This document shows, one piece after another, positions 38,926-49,229 of a stretch of DNA of 64,000 nucleotides. The notes below the pieces were generated by a model. That model was not told the origin of the DNA. It saw only the letters and a program-made list of their open reading frames with translations, and did not search any database. How positions within the stretch are numbered: the stretch's first letter is position 1; every line of letters begins with the position of its first letter. The position numbers and the translations under genes are program-made. Location of the stretch: positions 9,742,655 to 9,806,654 of the forward strand of contig NC_134033.1 in NCBI RefSeq assembly GCF_964204645.1, written 5' to 3'. Source of the stretch: Tubulanus polymorphus (lineage: Eukaryota; Animalia; Nemertea).

Positions 38926-40044
38926 ATGTCGGATGTTGAGAATGATGTGTGTGAGCCCTTGGCCTTATCTAGGCCTATGTCACCAACGGCTGGAGCTGCA
39001 CATCATGACCTCCTGGTTAGTGGGGAGGGTAACCTCTCGTTAAAACCAAAACGTGGCCGTCCAACGAAGACAAAAGCCGAAAATTTGAAAACATCTGAGG
39101 ATTCCATCCTCCAGCGACTGACTGAAGTGATGGAGAGGGTCGTGACAAGAGATGCACCCACCCCGAAAATGCACAATATTCCGGCACCCAAGCCCTATAC
39201 CATGGGACACAATTTCCGCGTTTGGCTCGAAAGGTTTGACGCGTTCGCTGACCTGGCCCAGATTAGTTCTCGCATCAACGGGGGCGAACAGCGTAAATCA
39301 CACCTGATGATGCGACTTGACCATGAGGCATACCAGGCTGTCTCGAACCTACGTCTCGACTCGAGCCTGTCGTATGATGATTTCTGTCGGCGGCTATCAT
39401 CCCGTTTCCAACAAACAAAGACTGTGGATGACTTTAAGATGTTGTTGAAAGGGAGGGACCAAAAGACAACTGAATCTGTGGAACGCTATGCCGACGAGTT
39501 AGCAGAGCTGGCAAGGAACGCATACCCTGGCATTGCCTTCGAGCTGCAGGATGAATTGGCCAAAGACCAATTCCTTAAAGGTAATAGCCTACCCGTCTCA
39601 GCGAAGCAGTCAATGTATGCGGCCCAGCCAAGTTCGTTGGCTGCAGCAGTCGCTCAAGCACGGACTCTGGAAACAGCGAGACGGTTGACTGAGGGCACGA
39701 CTCATAAACAAAAAGTATCCGTTAACCAGACCCAGCTCGACTCGACTAGCTCAGCCATAACCAAACAACTCGACGAATTGAAGTCGATGATGGGAACGCT
39801 GATGACTCGAGTAGGCCATTTGGAAGCAGTTGTCTCTGGTAATGGCAATCGTCGACCACCCGCCGATGACAAATGTTGGCGTTGCAGGGATGCAGACCAC
39901 CCCAAAAACTTGTGCCCACAAGTTAAATGCTATAATTGCGGGGGGAGTGGTCACTATTCAAGTAACTGCCACCTACCTAAGGGAAACCAGGGAAACGAGA
40001 AGCGGGGTTTTCAGGGGGGCAGTGGAAACCCCATCAGGAAATAG
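38926..40044 (+). CDS. gag: Gag with Zn knuckles
   Basis: 372 aa; CWRCRDADHPKNLC and CYNCGGSGHYSSNC knuckles. Confidence 0.95.
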   Translation: MSDVENDVCEPLALSRPMSPTAGAAHHDLLVSGEGNLSLKPKRGRPTKTKAENLKTSEDSILQRLTEVMERVVTRDAPTPKMHNIPAPKPYTMGHNFRVWLERFDAFADLAQISSRINGGEQRKSHLMMRLDHEAYQAVSNLRLDSSLSYDDFCRRLSSRFQQTKTVDDFKMLLKGRDQKTTESVERYADELAELARNAYPGIAFELQDELAKDQFLKGNSLPVSAKQSMYAAQPSSLAAAVAQARTLETARRLTEGTTHKQKVSVNQTQLDSTSSAITKQLDELKSMMGTLMTRVGHLEAVVSGNGNRRPPADDKCWRCRDADHPKNLCPQVKCYNCGGSGHYSSNCHLPKGNQGNEKRGFQGGSGNPIRK

Positions 40045-40053
40045 TCCCCCCTG
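39981..40053 (+). promoter_or_regulatory. -1 ribosomal frameshift signal (two G GGA AAC heptamers + H-type pseudoknot)
   Basis: Heptamers 39981-87 and 39990-96; stem 1 GGGGTTTT/GAAACCCC, stem 2 CAGGGGGG/CCCCCCTG; pol frame (-1) open from 39981. Confidence 0.85.
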
Positions 40054-40094
40054 TACCGCTGTATATACCCCCCGCAAGACGTAGGAAAAATCGG

Positions 40095-43000
40095 ATGAAT
40101 ACGGCAAATGGTCTAACGTGCGATGCAAGTAGAGATGCACCTATTGATGGTTACCATCATACTAGCCCCACCACCGTGAGACCATCAAACCATATTCAAA
40201 TGATATCGAGACCATCAAACCATATTCAAACGACACCTCAAGATGGATATGTGGTTGCTGGCCCGGCATGTGATTCTAGTGGAGATACACCTACTGATGG
40301 TCCGCATCCTACTAGAACCATCACTGTTAGACCACCACAACATACCCAAAGTATAGAAGAAAATCGACGTGACCCTTCGGAGAACAGTGAGGCTCCCAGT
40401 CCGGCTACGGAAAACACTTGTCACAAGTTGCGCGACACCAAGGTTCAAACAACAGGGACAGAACCAGCCCAGACGAGCTTAGTTACAAACATCGGAACAG
40501 TGAGGCTCCACGCCTCGGGCCTTTTCTGTGATGCCGTAGTAAATGACCATTCGAAAGCGGTGGTACTCCTGGACACTGGTGCCTCCTGCACAATCATTAG
40601 AGGTTCGGTATGGGACTCTAGCAGCCCGACTGGTGAAGCCGCTGCACTGAGGCCAATCGAAGGAATCGTGACAACGGCTACCGGTCAGCCAATGGAGTTA
40701 CGTGGATTAGCTGATGTATGTCTGAGAGTTGGAACTGAAGAATTTCATGTCCCCATGATCGTCAGTGAGGATTTGGCACAAGACTGCTTGCTTGGAAGTG
40801 ATTTCTTCGAGAAATATGGCTGCAACATAGATTACCGTAACAAAGTGCTCCGCTTCGGAAGCCTCAGCGAGGTGCCTGTCCGCCAGAGCCCCAAACGCGC
40901 GAGCGCTTGCAGGGTGTTCATCAGTAAGAGCCAAATCATTCCAGCTGGATCCGAGGTGGTGGTAAATGGATACATGAAACGGAGTTATGCTCATAATAAT
41001 TCGACCTCAGGGATGATCAGCAGCTGTGGACGGAATAATTTTTGCACTGGGAAAACACTGGTGGTACCGGAGGCAAACCAGATACCGGTTCGGCTGGCTA
41101 ACTTCTCGGATGAGGCTTGTAGAGTCGACAGGGGCCAGACTATTGGTCTATTCTGCCCCCTACAGTCAGTTGACATCATGACTATCGACGACCATGCTCA
41201 AAACCCGTCAACTCCAAAAATCCAGCTGCAGGGTGGTGACAATACTGAATTCAAGGACCTCTTGAGAGAATTGAAAATCGACCAGCTTGAAATCCCCACT
41301 GACATGAAAACACAGCTTGTTGACATCATACGGGAGCTAAAGTCAGTATTCTCGATGGGAGACTTTGACATTGGTCGAACAGATTCGCTTGAATTCGAGA
41401 TTGACACCGGTGACCACCCACCGATAAAACAACATCCCCGTCGGCTACCCCCCGGTAGGAGAGCTTTTGTTGAGGGGACGACCAAGGAGCTTTTAGAACA
41501 CGACTTGATCCGGCCATCCACCAGCCCGTGGTCAAGCCCAATAGTTCTAGCGAAAAAGGCCGATGGTTCCCTGCGTCTATGCTGCGATTACCGCCGACTC
41601 AATGACGCAACAGTCAAAGACGCTCACCCATTAGGTCGAATAGACAGTACCCTAGAGGCTTTATCGGGCGCAACCTGGTTCTCGTCCCTCGATTTAACTA
41701 GCGGATACTGGCAGGTCCCAATAAAGGAATCAGACAAACATAAGACCGCAATCACGACTGAAAACCATCTATTTGAGTGGAATGTCATGCCGTTTGGAGT
41801 CTGTAATGCCCCGGCGTCATTCAGCAGACTGATGGCAATGGTACTGGATGATGTTGCATGGAAAACATGCCTTATCTACCTGGATGATGTAGTGGTGTTT
41901 AGTCATGATCTACCAACCCATCTGACGCGATTACAAGAGGTATTTCGTTGCTTTCAGAAAGCCGGTCTCAAGCTAAAACCGAGGAAGTGCTCGCTTTTCC
42001 AGCGGCGCCTCAAGTTTTTGGGGCATGTAGTAAGCGAGGCCGGTGTCGAAACCGACGGTGCCAAATGCGATAGAGTCAGGGATTGGCCGACCCCAACGTC
42101 AGTTACCGAACTGCGTAGTTTCCTTGGTCTTGTGACATATTACTCGCAATTCATCAAGGATTTCGCCGACTTGACAGCCCCGCTACACCGCCTTACGAGG
42201 AAAAATGAACCATTCGTCTGGACATTCAAGCAACAACTAGCGTTTGACGGACTGAAAGAAAAGCTGACCAGCTCCCCTATCCTGGCATTCCCAGATTTCT
42301 CGGAGGGTGCTGGAGAGTTCATTTTGGACTGTGACGCCTCTAACTGGGCTATCGGAGGGGTGCTGTCACAACTACAACACGATGGTTCTGAGAGAGTGAT
42401 CGAGTACAGTAGCCGCACGCTGAAAGGTGGAGAGGAGAACTATTGTGCCACCAGGCGCGAAATGTTGGCCTTGGTTGACATGATTGATCACTTCCGCCAC
42501 CATTTACTAGGCAGGAAATTCAAAGTTCGCACAGACCACGCAGCACTCAAGTGGCTACAAACCTTCAAAAACCCTGAGGGCCAAGTGGCTCGGTGGCTTG
42601 AACGCCTGTCGGAATATGATTTCGTGATCGAACATCGAGCTGGAAGCGAACATTTGAACGCAGACGCCCTGTCTCGCATCCCTAAGAGACAGAGGAAACA
42701 TGGGGACTGCCCAACTTGTGGTGACACTGGTCCATCTATATACCAGGTGACTGCAAAACATCAGGGCGATTTGACAGCGCACTCCACTGGCTTGTCCAGG
42801 AACAAAATAATCGAGGCGCAAGTAAATGACCCCGAAATATCAGAAATTAGGGAGTTCTTGGCCGGAGATGGGGTCAAGGACAAGAAACGGCTGCAACGGT
42901 GTGGTAGAACAGCGAGGAGCCTCTATAGTCTGGTTGAGCGACTAGAGCTTTTAGATGGCATTCTTGCGCTTAAACTACTTCCGGGGGCTACCTCAACGAG

Positions 43001-44639
43001 ACACCGAGTGGTACTACCCATTTCACTGACTGATGGAACCATAGGAGTCATACATCAGGGATTTGCCGGGAAACATCTCGGTACCAAAAAGACAGAGTGC
43101 AAAATTAGGGAAAGATTCTGGGTATTAGGCCTCTCAGCTAGGGTCAGGGATTTTGTTCGGGGCTGCAAAACTTGCCAAGAGTGCAAGTCCCCGTCCAAAC
43201 TACCAAAAGCCCCAATGATGTCTACACCGGTAGGGCGACGCTTCCAGCGTGTACATATAGACATCGTGGGCCCATTACCGAGAACCCGCCGCGGCAATGT
43301 CTACATTCTAGTGGCTCAAGATGCATTCACTAAGTGGCCCGAAGCATGGCCAATTCGCACGGAAAAGGCCTCCGTGGTGGCACGTGCCCTTGTGAACGAG
43401 TGGGTCACCCGTTACGGCTGCCCTGAATCCATCCACTCGGACAAAGGCACGAACTTCGAGTCGAAAGTTTTCATGGAGATGTGTAGGATCTTGGCTATTG
43501 AAAAGACCAGAACCACTGCCTACCATCCTATGGGCAATGGGCAGGTGGAAAATTTCAATAAGTCCCTGAAGGCCATGCTGACTACAGCCGTCAATGAGTG
43601 TGGAACAAACTGGGACGAGGAACTACCAGCGTGTTTGATGGCATTTCGTTCAAGCGCCCAGCACTCCACTCTTGAAACGCCGTTCTACTTGATGTACGCC
43701 GAGGAAATGTCACTACCAATCGACATCAGCGTAGGCTTGCCCGAGGACCACCAACCAAGGACTAAGTATGGCATGGACCTCTCTGACCGCCTCACTAAGT
43801 CACACAACATTGTTCGTGATCGACTAGTGATGGCACAAAGGCGTCAGAAAATGGACTATGACCGTTTCGCAAAACGCGGGGGTTACAAGGTCGGGGATCG
43901 CGTGTGGCTGATGAGCCATTTCTTGAAGAAGGACGAGGCATCTAAGTTCCACCGGAAATGGAAAGGGCCTTACGTCGTGACCGAGAGACTATCGGAGGTG
44001 AATTACAGGGTTGTCCTGGAACCAGGCGCCGATCCGAGGGCGGTGAAGAGAAAGCGGGTTGTGCACTTCAATGATATGAAACCGTGCTTCCTGTCTAGTG
44101 AGACCGTGACCATAGGTCATAAAAAACCTAGACAGGAACCGGTTAAAATGACCGATCCCGAGGAGCAACCAACCCTCAATGACGACGAGGGGGAGGAAGA
44201 TGAAGACTGTGTCTGGACACGGTCACACCCCGAGACAACGGCAGTTATTCAAGAACCTCTTGTAACAAACCCTACCCAAAACCATCGCGAGCCTCCTACT
44301 CAAAACCGCTCCAAGCCTGGGCCTTTGAACATTACAAACACTGAGGGGCACAGAAGACTCAGGCCCAGAGTAGGGATCAGGCGCCCTAGTCGGTTCGTAA
44401 ACTCATGTACAGTCAATAACGATGATTCGCTAGCCAACCAAAATAGGGCCTCAGACCCTTTGGTGGATCCAAACACACTTATAGGACCTCCAGTCGCCTC
44501 GGACAAGATTGAGCAGAACAACATTTTTGATATAGAACTGATCCAAAATTGCCAGAAATGTCGCGAAGTTCGGTCCCGGATTAACATGAGGAAAGGCTAC
44601 TGGTTAGAAATGGGCCGGTACCTTAAATCAAAGGGTTAA
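40095..44639 (+). CDS. pol: Pol polyprotein (aspartic protease, RT, RNase H, integrase with GPY/F); probably entered by -1 frameshift from gag
   Basis: LLDTGAS; LDLTSGYWQ, YLDD; DCDAS, RTDH; H..H..CKTC, DIVGP, SDKG, GQVENFN, KWKGPY. Confidence 0.97.
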   Translation: MNTANGLTCDASRDAPIDGYHHTSPTTVRPSNHIQMISRPSNHIQTTPQDGYVVAGPACDSSGDTPTDGPHPTRTITVRPPQHTQSIEENRRDPSENSEAPSPATENTCHKLRDTKVQTTGTEPAQTSLVTNIGTVRLHASGLFCDAVVNDHSKAVVLLDTGASCTIIRGSVWDSSSPTGEAAALRPIEGIVTTATGQPMELRGLADVCLRVGTEEFHVPMIVSEDLAQDCLLGSDFFEKYGCNIDYRNKVLRFGSLSEVPVRQSPKRASACRVFISKSQIIPAGSEVVVNGYMKRSYAHNNSTSGMISSCGRNNFCTGKTLVVPEANQIPVRLANFSDEACRVDRGQTIGLFCPLQSVDIMTIDDHAQNPSTPKIQLQGGDNTEFKDLLRELKIDQLEIPTDMKTQLVDIIRELKSVFSMGDFDIGRTDSLEFEIDTGDHPPIKQHPRRLPPGRRAFVEGTTKELLEHDLIRPSTSPWSSPIVLAKKADGSLRLCCDYRRLNDATVKDAHPLGRIDSTLEALSGATWFSSLDLTSGYWQVPIKESDKHKTAITTENHLFEWNVMPFGVCNAPASFSRLMAMVLDDVAWKTCLIYLDDVVVFSHDLPTHLTRLQEVFRCFQKAGLKLKPRKCSLFQRRLKFLGHVVSEAGVETDGAKCDRVRDWPTPTSVTELRSFLGLVTYYSQFIKDFADLTAPLHRLTRKNEPFVWTFKQQLAFDGLKEKLTSSPILAFPDFSEGAGEFILDCDASNWAIGGVLSQLQHDGSERVIEYSSRTLKGGEENYCATRREMLALVDMIDHFRHHLLGRKFKVRTDHAALKWLQTFKNPEGQVARWLERLSEYDFVIEHRAGSEHLNADALSRIPKRQRKHGDCPTCGDTGPSIYQVTAKHQGDLTAHSTGLSRNKIIEAQVNDPEISEIREFLAGDGVKDKKRLQRCGRTARSLYSLVERLELLDGILALKLLPGATSTRHRVVLPISLTDGTIGVIHQGFAGKHLGTKKTECKIRERFWVLGLSARVRDFVRGCKTCQECKSPSKLPKAPMMSTPVGRRFQRVHIDIVGPLPRTRRGNVYILVAQDAFTKWPEAWPIRTEKASVVARALVNEWVTRYGCPESIHSDKGTNFESKVFMEMCRILAIEKTRTTAYHPMGNGQVENFNKSLKAMLTTAVNECGTNWDEELPACLMAFRSSAQHSTLETPFYLMYAEEMSLPIDISVGLPEDHQPRTKYGMDLSDRLTKSHNIVRDRLVMAQRRQKMDYDRFAKRGGYKVGDRVWLMSHFLKKDEASKFHRKWKGPYVVTERLSEVNYRVVLEPGADPRAVKRKRVVHFNDMKPCFLSSETVTIGHKKPRQEPVKMTDPEEQPTLNDDEGEEDEDCVWTRSHPETTAVIQEPLVTNPTQNHREPPTQNRSKPGPLNITNTEGHRRLRPRVGIRRPSRFVNSCTVNNDDSLANQNRASDPLVDPNTLIGPPVASDKIEQNNIFDIELIQNCQKCREVRSRINMRKGYWLEMGRYLKSKG

Positions 44640-44887
44640 ATCCTATATATATATATTTAGTACCCTTGTATATAACCCTGCCTATATATTTACTTAGTTT
44701 TAGTAGACAGTTTATTATCACTTGTAACTGGTGGTGACTAGGATTTCAGACCCCTTGCACCTCCTGATGGTATGCTTGGGACCACCCACCTTGCATGATT
44801 CGGGTGGTATCTGAATGAACGGAATCTCCGCCATTTAGTCTTGTCGTTGCAGCCAACTCATGTTTTGAACTATTTATCGTTTCTAGC

Positions 44888-45721
44888 ATGGACTGTATCG
44901 AGTTAGACCAGTTATCTAGCCTCCACGAGGCGACACAGACCCTTAAACGGCAGGTCTCGAAAGAAGTCTGCTCCACCCTTCACAGACAGGACAAGACCCT
45001 CAGCGAATTGAGAGCCAAGATGGGCAGACTTTATAACTCTGCCGTAGAACAGTCGTTTGTGGAGGATCCTGGTCGCATAGTAACCGGTGCGGTAGTAACC
45101 GGTCTCAAGACGACAAAGACCCGACGTTTTAGGTCGAAGATGAGCACAGCTGCATTTGAGTACATCAGCCAGGAACTAGTGAACGCCCTGGCCGAATGTG
45201 GTGGTGACTCCTCGTACATCTGGTCGAAACTTGGAGACTTGAAACAGAGGGCAGTTGAGGACTTACCAATCGTGTTGCTGGGAGACTCGATGTTTACGGG
45301 GCTAAAGGCCAGCGGCGGTTTGATTCCAATTTGCCACCCTGGTGAACGACTCGGTGATTTGTTGGAGTACCTCCCACATGTATCCTTTAGGGCAAGAGCG
45401 ATTGTGGTCACGCATGGTATGAACCATGCCGGCGATTATGGCAGGACGACAGAGGAGTTGGCGGAAGTTTTGGCGCTACTCAAGGGCAAGCACCCTTCTG
45501 TTCCCCTTTTCCACCTACAGACCCCTGTCCCTCCTTGCTGGCGTGGTGACCACAATCGGGTAAACAACATCAACCGGGTTAACGTCTTCGCCCTCCGTGC
45601 CGGGTTCCAACAGGCCGACCATCCAGATATCCCGGATTCTGATTTTGTGGGGATCCACTACAAAAAGTCGGCCATGCACTATGTCTGTCGGGAAATAATC
45701 CGTGTGGTAGATCGCGCCTGA
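44888..45721 (+). CDS. ORF3: helical N-terminus + SGNH/GDSL hydrolase domain
   Basis: 277 aa; block I IVLLGDSMF, II CHPGERL, III IVVTHGMNH, V DFVGIHY; no signal peptide or TM segment apparent. Confidence 0.85.
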   Translation: MDCIELDQLSSLHEATQTLKRQVSKEVCSTLHRQDKTLSELRAKMGRLYNSAVEQSFVEDPGRIVTGAVVTGLKTTKTRRFRSKMSTAAFEYISQELVNALAECGGDSSYIWSKLGDLKQRAVEDLPIVLLGDSMFTGLKASGGLIPICHPGERLGDLLEYLPHVSFRARAIVVTHGMNHAGDYGRTTEELAEVLALLKGKHPSVPLFHLQTPVPPCWRGDHNRVNNINRVNVFALRAGFQQADHPDIPDSDFVGIHYKKSAMHYVCREIIRVVDRA

Positions 45722-46236
45722 ATGTGTTTCCTTCGGTACCTAACGATGGTTCACCTGGAGTCGCTTATTCTTTGTAATGTTAGTGACAAAAAGCCATTCA
45801 GTCCAAATACTACCACACGTGACCCCCCAGATGTAGCACACCCCATTGCGAACAGTTTCTTTCCGTTTTCTTTTGATTGTATTTTTCAGCTTCCCAGGAC
45901 GAGGAACAGTGGCAGAGGGGCAAGCCAAGTGCAGTGTCCATTGGCCGTATCTACCTTTTGATGGTATAGATATTTTTGGTTAGACACTACGCTTAGGTGC
46001 GCCCCGAAAACAAACCACAAACCATTAGTGGAGATCGAAAGCTGCATGTATTATCATCACTGAGATGCAACCCTAATGCGAAACAACGACTACGCCATGT
46101 TAGATGTCTACTGTATCCAGAGCCGAGAAGTTTGGAGCTTAATATACTATAATAAGGACTATAATTTAATTTGTGTAGATATTTTGACTATATATTCCTG
46201 TTCAAATAGGAGTTTGAACAAGTTGAAGGGGGGTGG

Positions 46237-46428
46237 TGTGATGGAATATGTCCATCAGTCGTTTTCTATGTTGTAACTGGAGGGTGCTGCCCTCTCTCTC
46301 GAAAATACAGAACAATAGGTGATTGTGTTAATATCTTTTGTCCGCCTTTTTACTGGTTTTTGGGCTCTCAGAGTCGATATTTGGAGGAAACTTCTACTGT
46401 GGAACAGGCAGAATAGGACCTCGTTACA
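46237..46428 (+). repeat. 3' LTR
   Basis: Near-identical to 5' LTR, preceded by PPT. Confidence 0.97.
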
Positions 46429-47409
46429 CTGTCACAGAATTGACATTTTCATGAAAAGTAGAATATAGGCCACTTCATAAGCCCATGCAATTCCCATGAA
46501 GACTGTTTTGTTAAAAGGTACTAAGCGGAGATTTCTCCTGAAATGTTGCAAGTCAATGCTAAAATTCTACATATGTCTAACAGTCGTCTCGGAGTTGACA
46601 GGTAGAAAGAATACGAGGTTAAACGTTCGGATTTGATTTTTTATCATTATTACAGTAACTATTATTAAGATATCACAACTTTTGTACATATGCCACATCA
46701 TTTTTCCATATACCGTAACCCACAAAAAAGTATAATTAATCAATTAATTGCAGTAAAATTCTGTGGATGAATACACGAAGCCTTGTCTGGGTCATTGAAA
46801 TTTGTGTTATGCCTTGATAGATAAAAATAAATGATTGTATTTATTCGTTGAAATTTTCACATTTTATTTGCTACGGATAATCTGTTCAATATAGGCCTAC
46901 TGATGCTGTCAAGGTATAAATTTTACTTCTTGTGAGTTCTTCTTGAGTCCAAATGTGGTTTCCATTTTGTGGGCCACAAAAAAACATCTTTTTTGGAGAA
47001 TGACCCACAGCCTACAAGTTGAACCAGCTCGAGGCTGAGTTTGGCAACGACAGACGGTTGTCAGTTGTCATACCCAGATAAACACTAATCAATAAAGAAA
47101 CTGATTAAATCATTTACGACTTGGTCTATATGGATGTCTATGTCTAAATAGATCCCTAATTCGCAGTTGTTACATTTTCTTCCCCATTCAATTTTTTAAA
47201 ATCTTAAAATAGTTAGATTGTCCCTGTTATTTATTTGGTTGGTAAATTTCGTTTGATTTTTTGATCGAGTGTCCCTTACAAACCCACCACACCTGCCGGG
47301 AGCGAAACAGGGGTTTGATTTTGAAATCATCGCGAAGTATTTAACTTTAGCAGGTAGCCTACCGGTATATTGCTTAAGTTGATGAAAAGAGAAAACTATT
47401 AAAGTACAG

Positions 47410-47518
47410 GATCCAGTTCCACAGTAGTGAGTTAAGATTTGCCTCTGAGTTAAAGTTAGTTCATTTTCAATGAGTTAACTCAGAGTTAACTCTTCACTCA
47501 CAACTGTGGAACTGGATC
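47410..47518. mobile_element. PIF/Harbinger-type MITE
   Basis: TIR GATCCAGTTCCACAGT / ACTGTGGAACTGGATC; TSD CAG. Confidence 0.75.
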
Positions 47519-48488
47519 CAGGTTCATACAAAACAATTTACGAACACAACACATTCTATTATGGAAAAATTAATACAATAAATCAATAATTAATACTATA
47601 ATTTTCTTTACCTGATCAAATTAAAAAACGCAATAAGGCAATGAATAACTAAATATAAATGAAAAGCACATATGCCGTCTATTAGAAGTAGTTTTGGTGG
47701 CGACTTTTTCCTCTCGAATTACTGCGCTGTCCATTGTTCGGGCAGTACATCGAACTATGTCCATATCGATTTTGATAGTCAGATGTGCTGTTCTAACAAC
47801 TGATCAATTTCCGCAAAATGGTAGTCTCTAAATTCACTGTATTCATGTACTCCTTTCTCCTCCTAAGTTATATATTGGATTTCATCGCGTGATATGAGAA
47901 AAAAATTCGCCAGTCTATTGCTTTTTGTATATCTTCATAGAAGTGTAAACTCAGTTTACACTCCTATGATTTCTTCTGCCGATGATGTTATGAAAAACAA
48001 AGATATCGAATTCAATTGAATTGAAAAACTTCGGGTAAGGAATCAGGCCAACGATTCAAACTTATGCGGGACTCGAACCCGAACGCTTTCGACAGTGGCT
48101 TCGCCGGATGAGAAATAGTATGTTTTGCGCATTTGAAGTAGGTGCTTGGAAATGTGGATTGCAAGGGGCGGGTCAAGCCCAAAGTTCAAAATCATGAATT
48201 CTAACAGGCCTAATCTAACATGGCAGTGACACAGCAAATGGTAGAATTATATCTGCGCTATCCTATCAAATTAAATACGATATTTACCGTCATTAAGTGT
48301 TACAAATTTTATAGGCCTAGGCCCAAGAAACGAACTCCTAAAAAAAGTCCATTTTTGATTGTCCACGATCTTTTTGTCGGGATATTACGCTTAGTTTTGG
48401 GTGTGCATACCTCAAATAGGTCTTAATCGAATCTGCAGAGTGGTGCAGTCCAGATAAATCGTCGTTTACATCCATTTGAAGGATTGAT

Positions 48489-48700
48489 GGGTGCGATTCA
48501 AGAATAGGGGACTATAGCAATATATAGGCCTATGTAGTGATAGTAATCAATTAAGTAATAATATTAGTAATTGATAATGATGATATATAATGATAGTAAT
48601 GTATATAGTAATTAATGATGATTAGGGAACTAAACCTAACCTCTATCTCTAAACCTAACCCTAATCCTAACCACTAGTCCCCTATTCTTGAATCTTACCG
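48489..48700. mobile_element. CGG-terminus MITE with CCTAACC repeats
   Basis: GATTCAAGAATAGGGGACTA / TAGTCCCCTATTCTTGAATCTTACCG. Confidence 0.6.
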
Positions 48701-49229
48701 GAATGTTCTTGAAAATTGAGCTTAAAATCGGCGAGAAAGATCGCCATTTTGTTCGTATTTCTTTATGCAATTTGCAAATGAGTCATTGCGCGACGAGGAT
48801 GCATCAATTAGCCTACATCATGGATGAAGCAGCTTCTTGTCGCCAAGAGACCAATTAACGACTCACAATATTACCCTAGTCAGTAAAAAAAGTGGATAAA
48901 AAAACCATGATTTATCTGGCCTGCACAACCCTGCTGATTCGATTAAGACCTATGTGAGGTTTACGCCGAAAATTAAGCGAAATATCCCTAAAAGATTGTG
49001 GACAATCAAAAATAAATAGACTTTAGACTCTAATTTCGTCACCACTACTGACGGCTGACCCAAACAACAATAACGCTTGATTTTACCATCTTCAAAAGCA
49101 AGTGCAATCGATCGGCATAGACCACAGGTGCTCGTATCAGATAATAGGCCTTACATAGATAATTTTTAGGCAGTCGATATTTTGCTGGGTCCGGTCACCG
49201 AATTCTGGACGATATTTTGCTGGATATCG

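Larger units (their letters stand above)
38494..46428 (+). mobile_element. Intact, young Gypsy LTR retrotransposon (family B): gag, pol, ORF3 (SGNH)
   Basis: 192-bp LTRs 38494-38685 and 46237-46428 (TG..CA; one difference seen); 4-bp TSD CTGT; PBS; PPT GAAGGGGGGTGG 46225-46236; three open ORFs. Confidence 0.97.
35965..47006 (-). mobile_element. Decayed Sola2-like DNA transposon, copy B, split by the Gypsy at 38494-46428
   Basis: Reverse-complement homology to 17316-21706; ORF 37704-38279 (MSKERTRKWR..), HMDFSE, HGKGPADG; continues 46429-47006 to ..GGAGAATGACCC. Confidence 0.75.

Noticed and set aside
40900-41160. dUTPase between protease and RT
   Set aside because: Only the degenerate beta-rich spacer common in Gypsy Pol; catalytic motifs absent.
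39003-45411. Antisense ORFs within the Gypsy element
   Set aside because: Shadow frames of GC-richer coding sequence; no independent motifs.
44888-45721. ORF3 as env
   Set aside because: No signal peptide or transmembrane helix seen; SGNH motifs instead.
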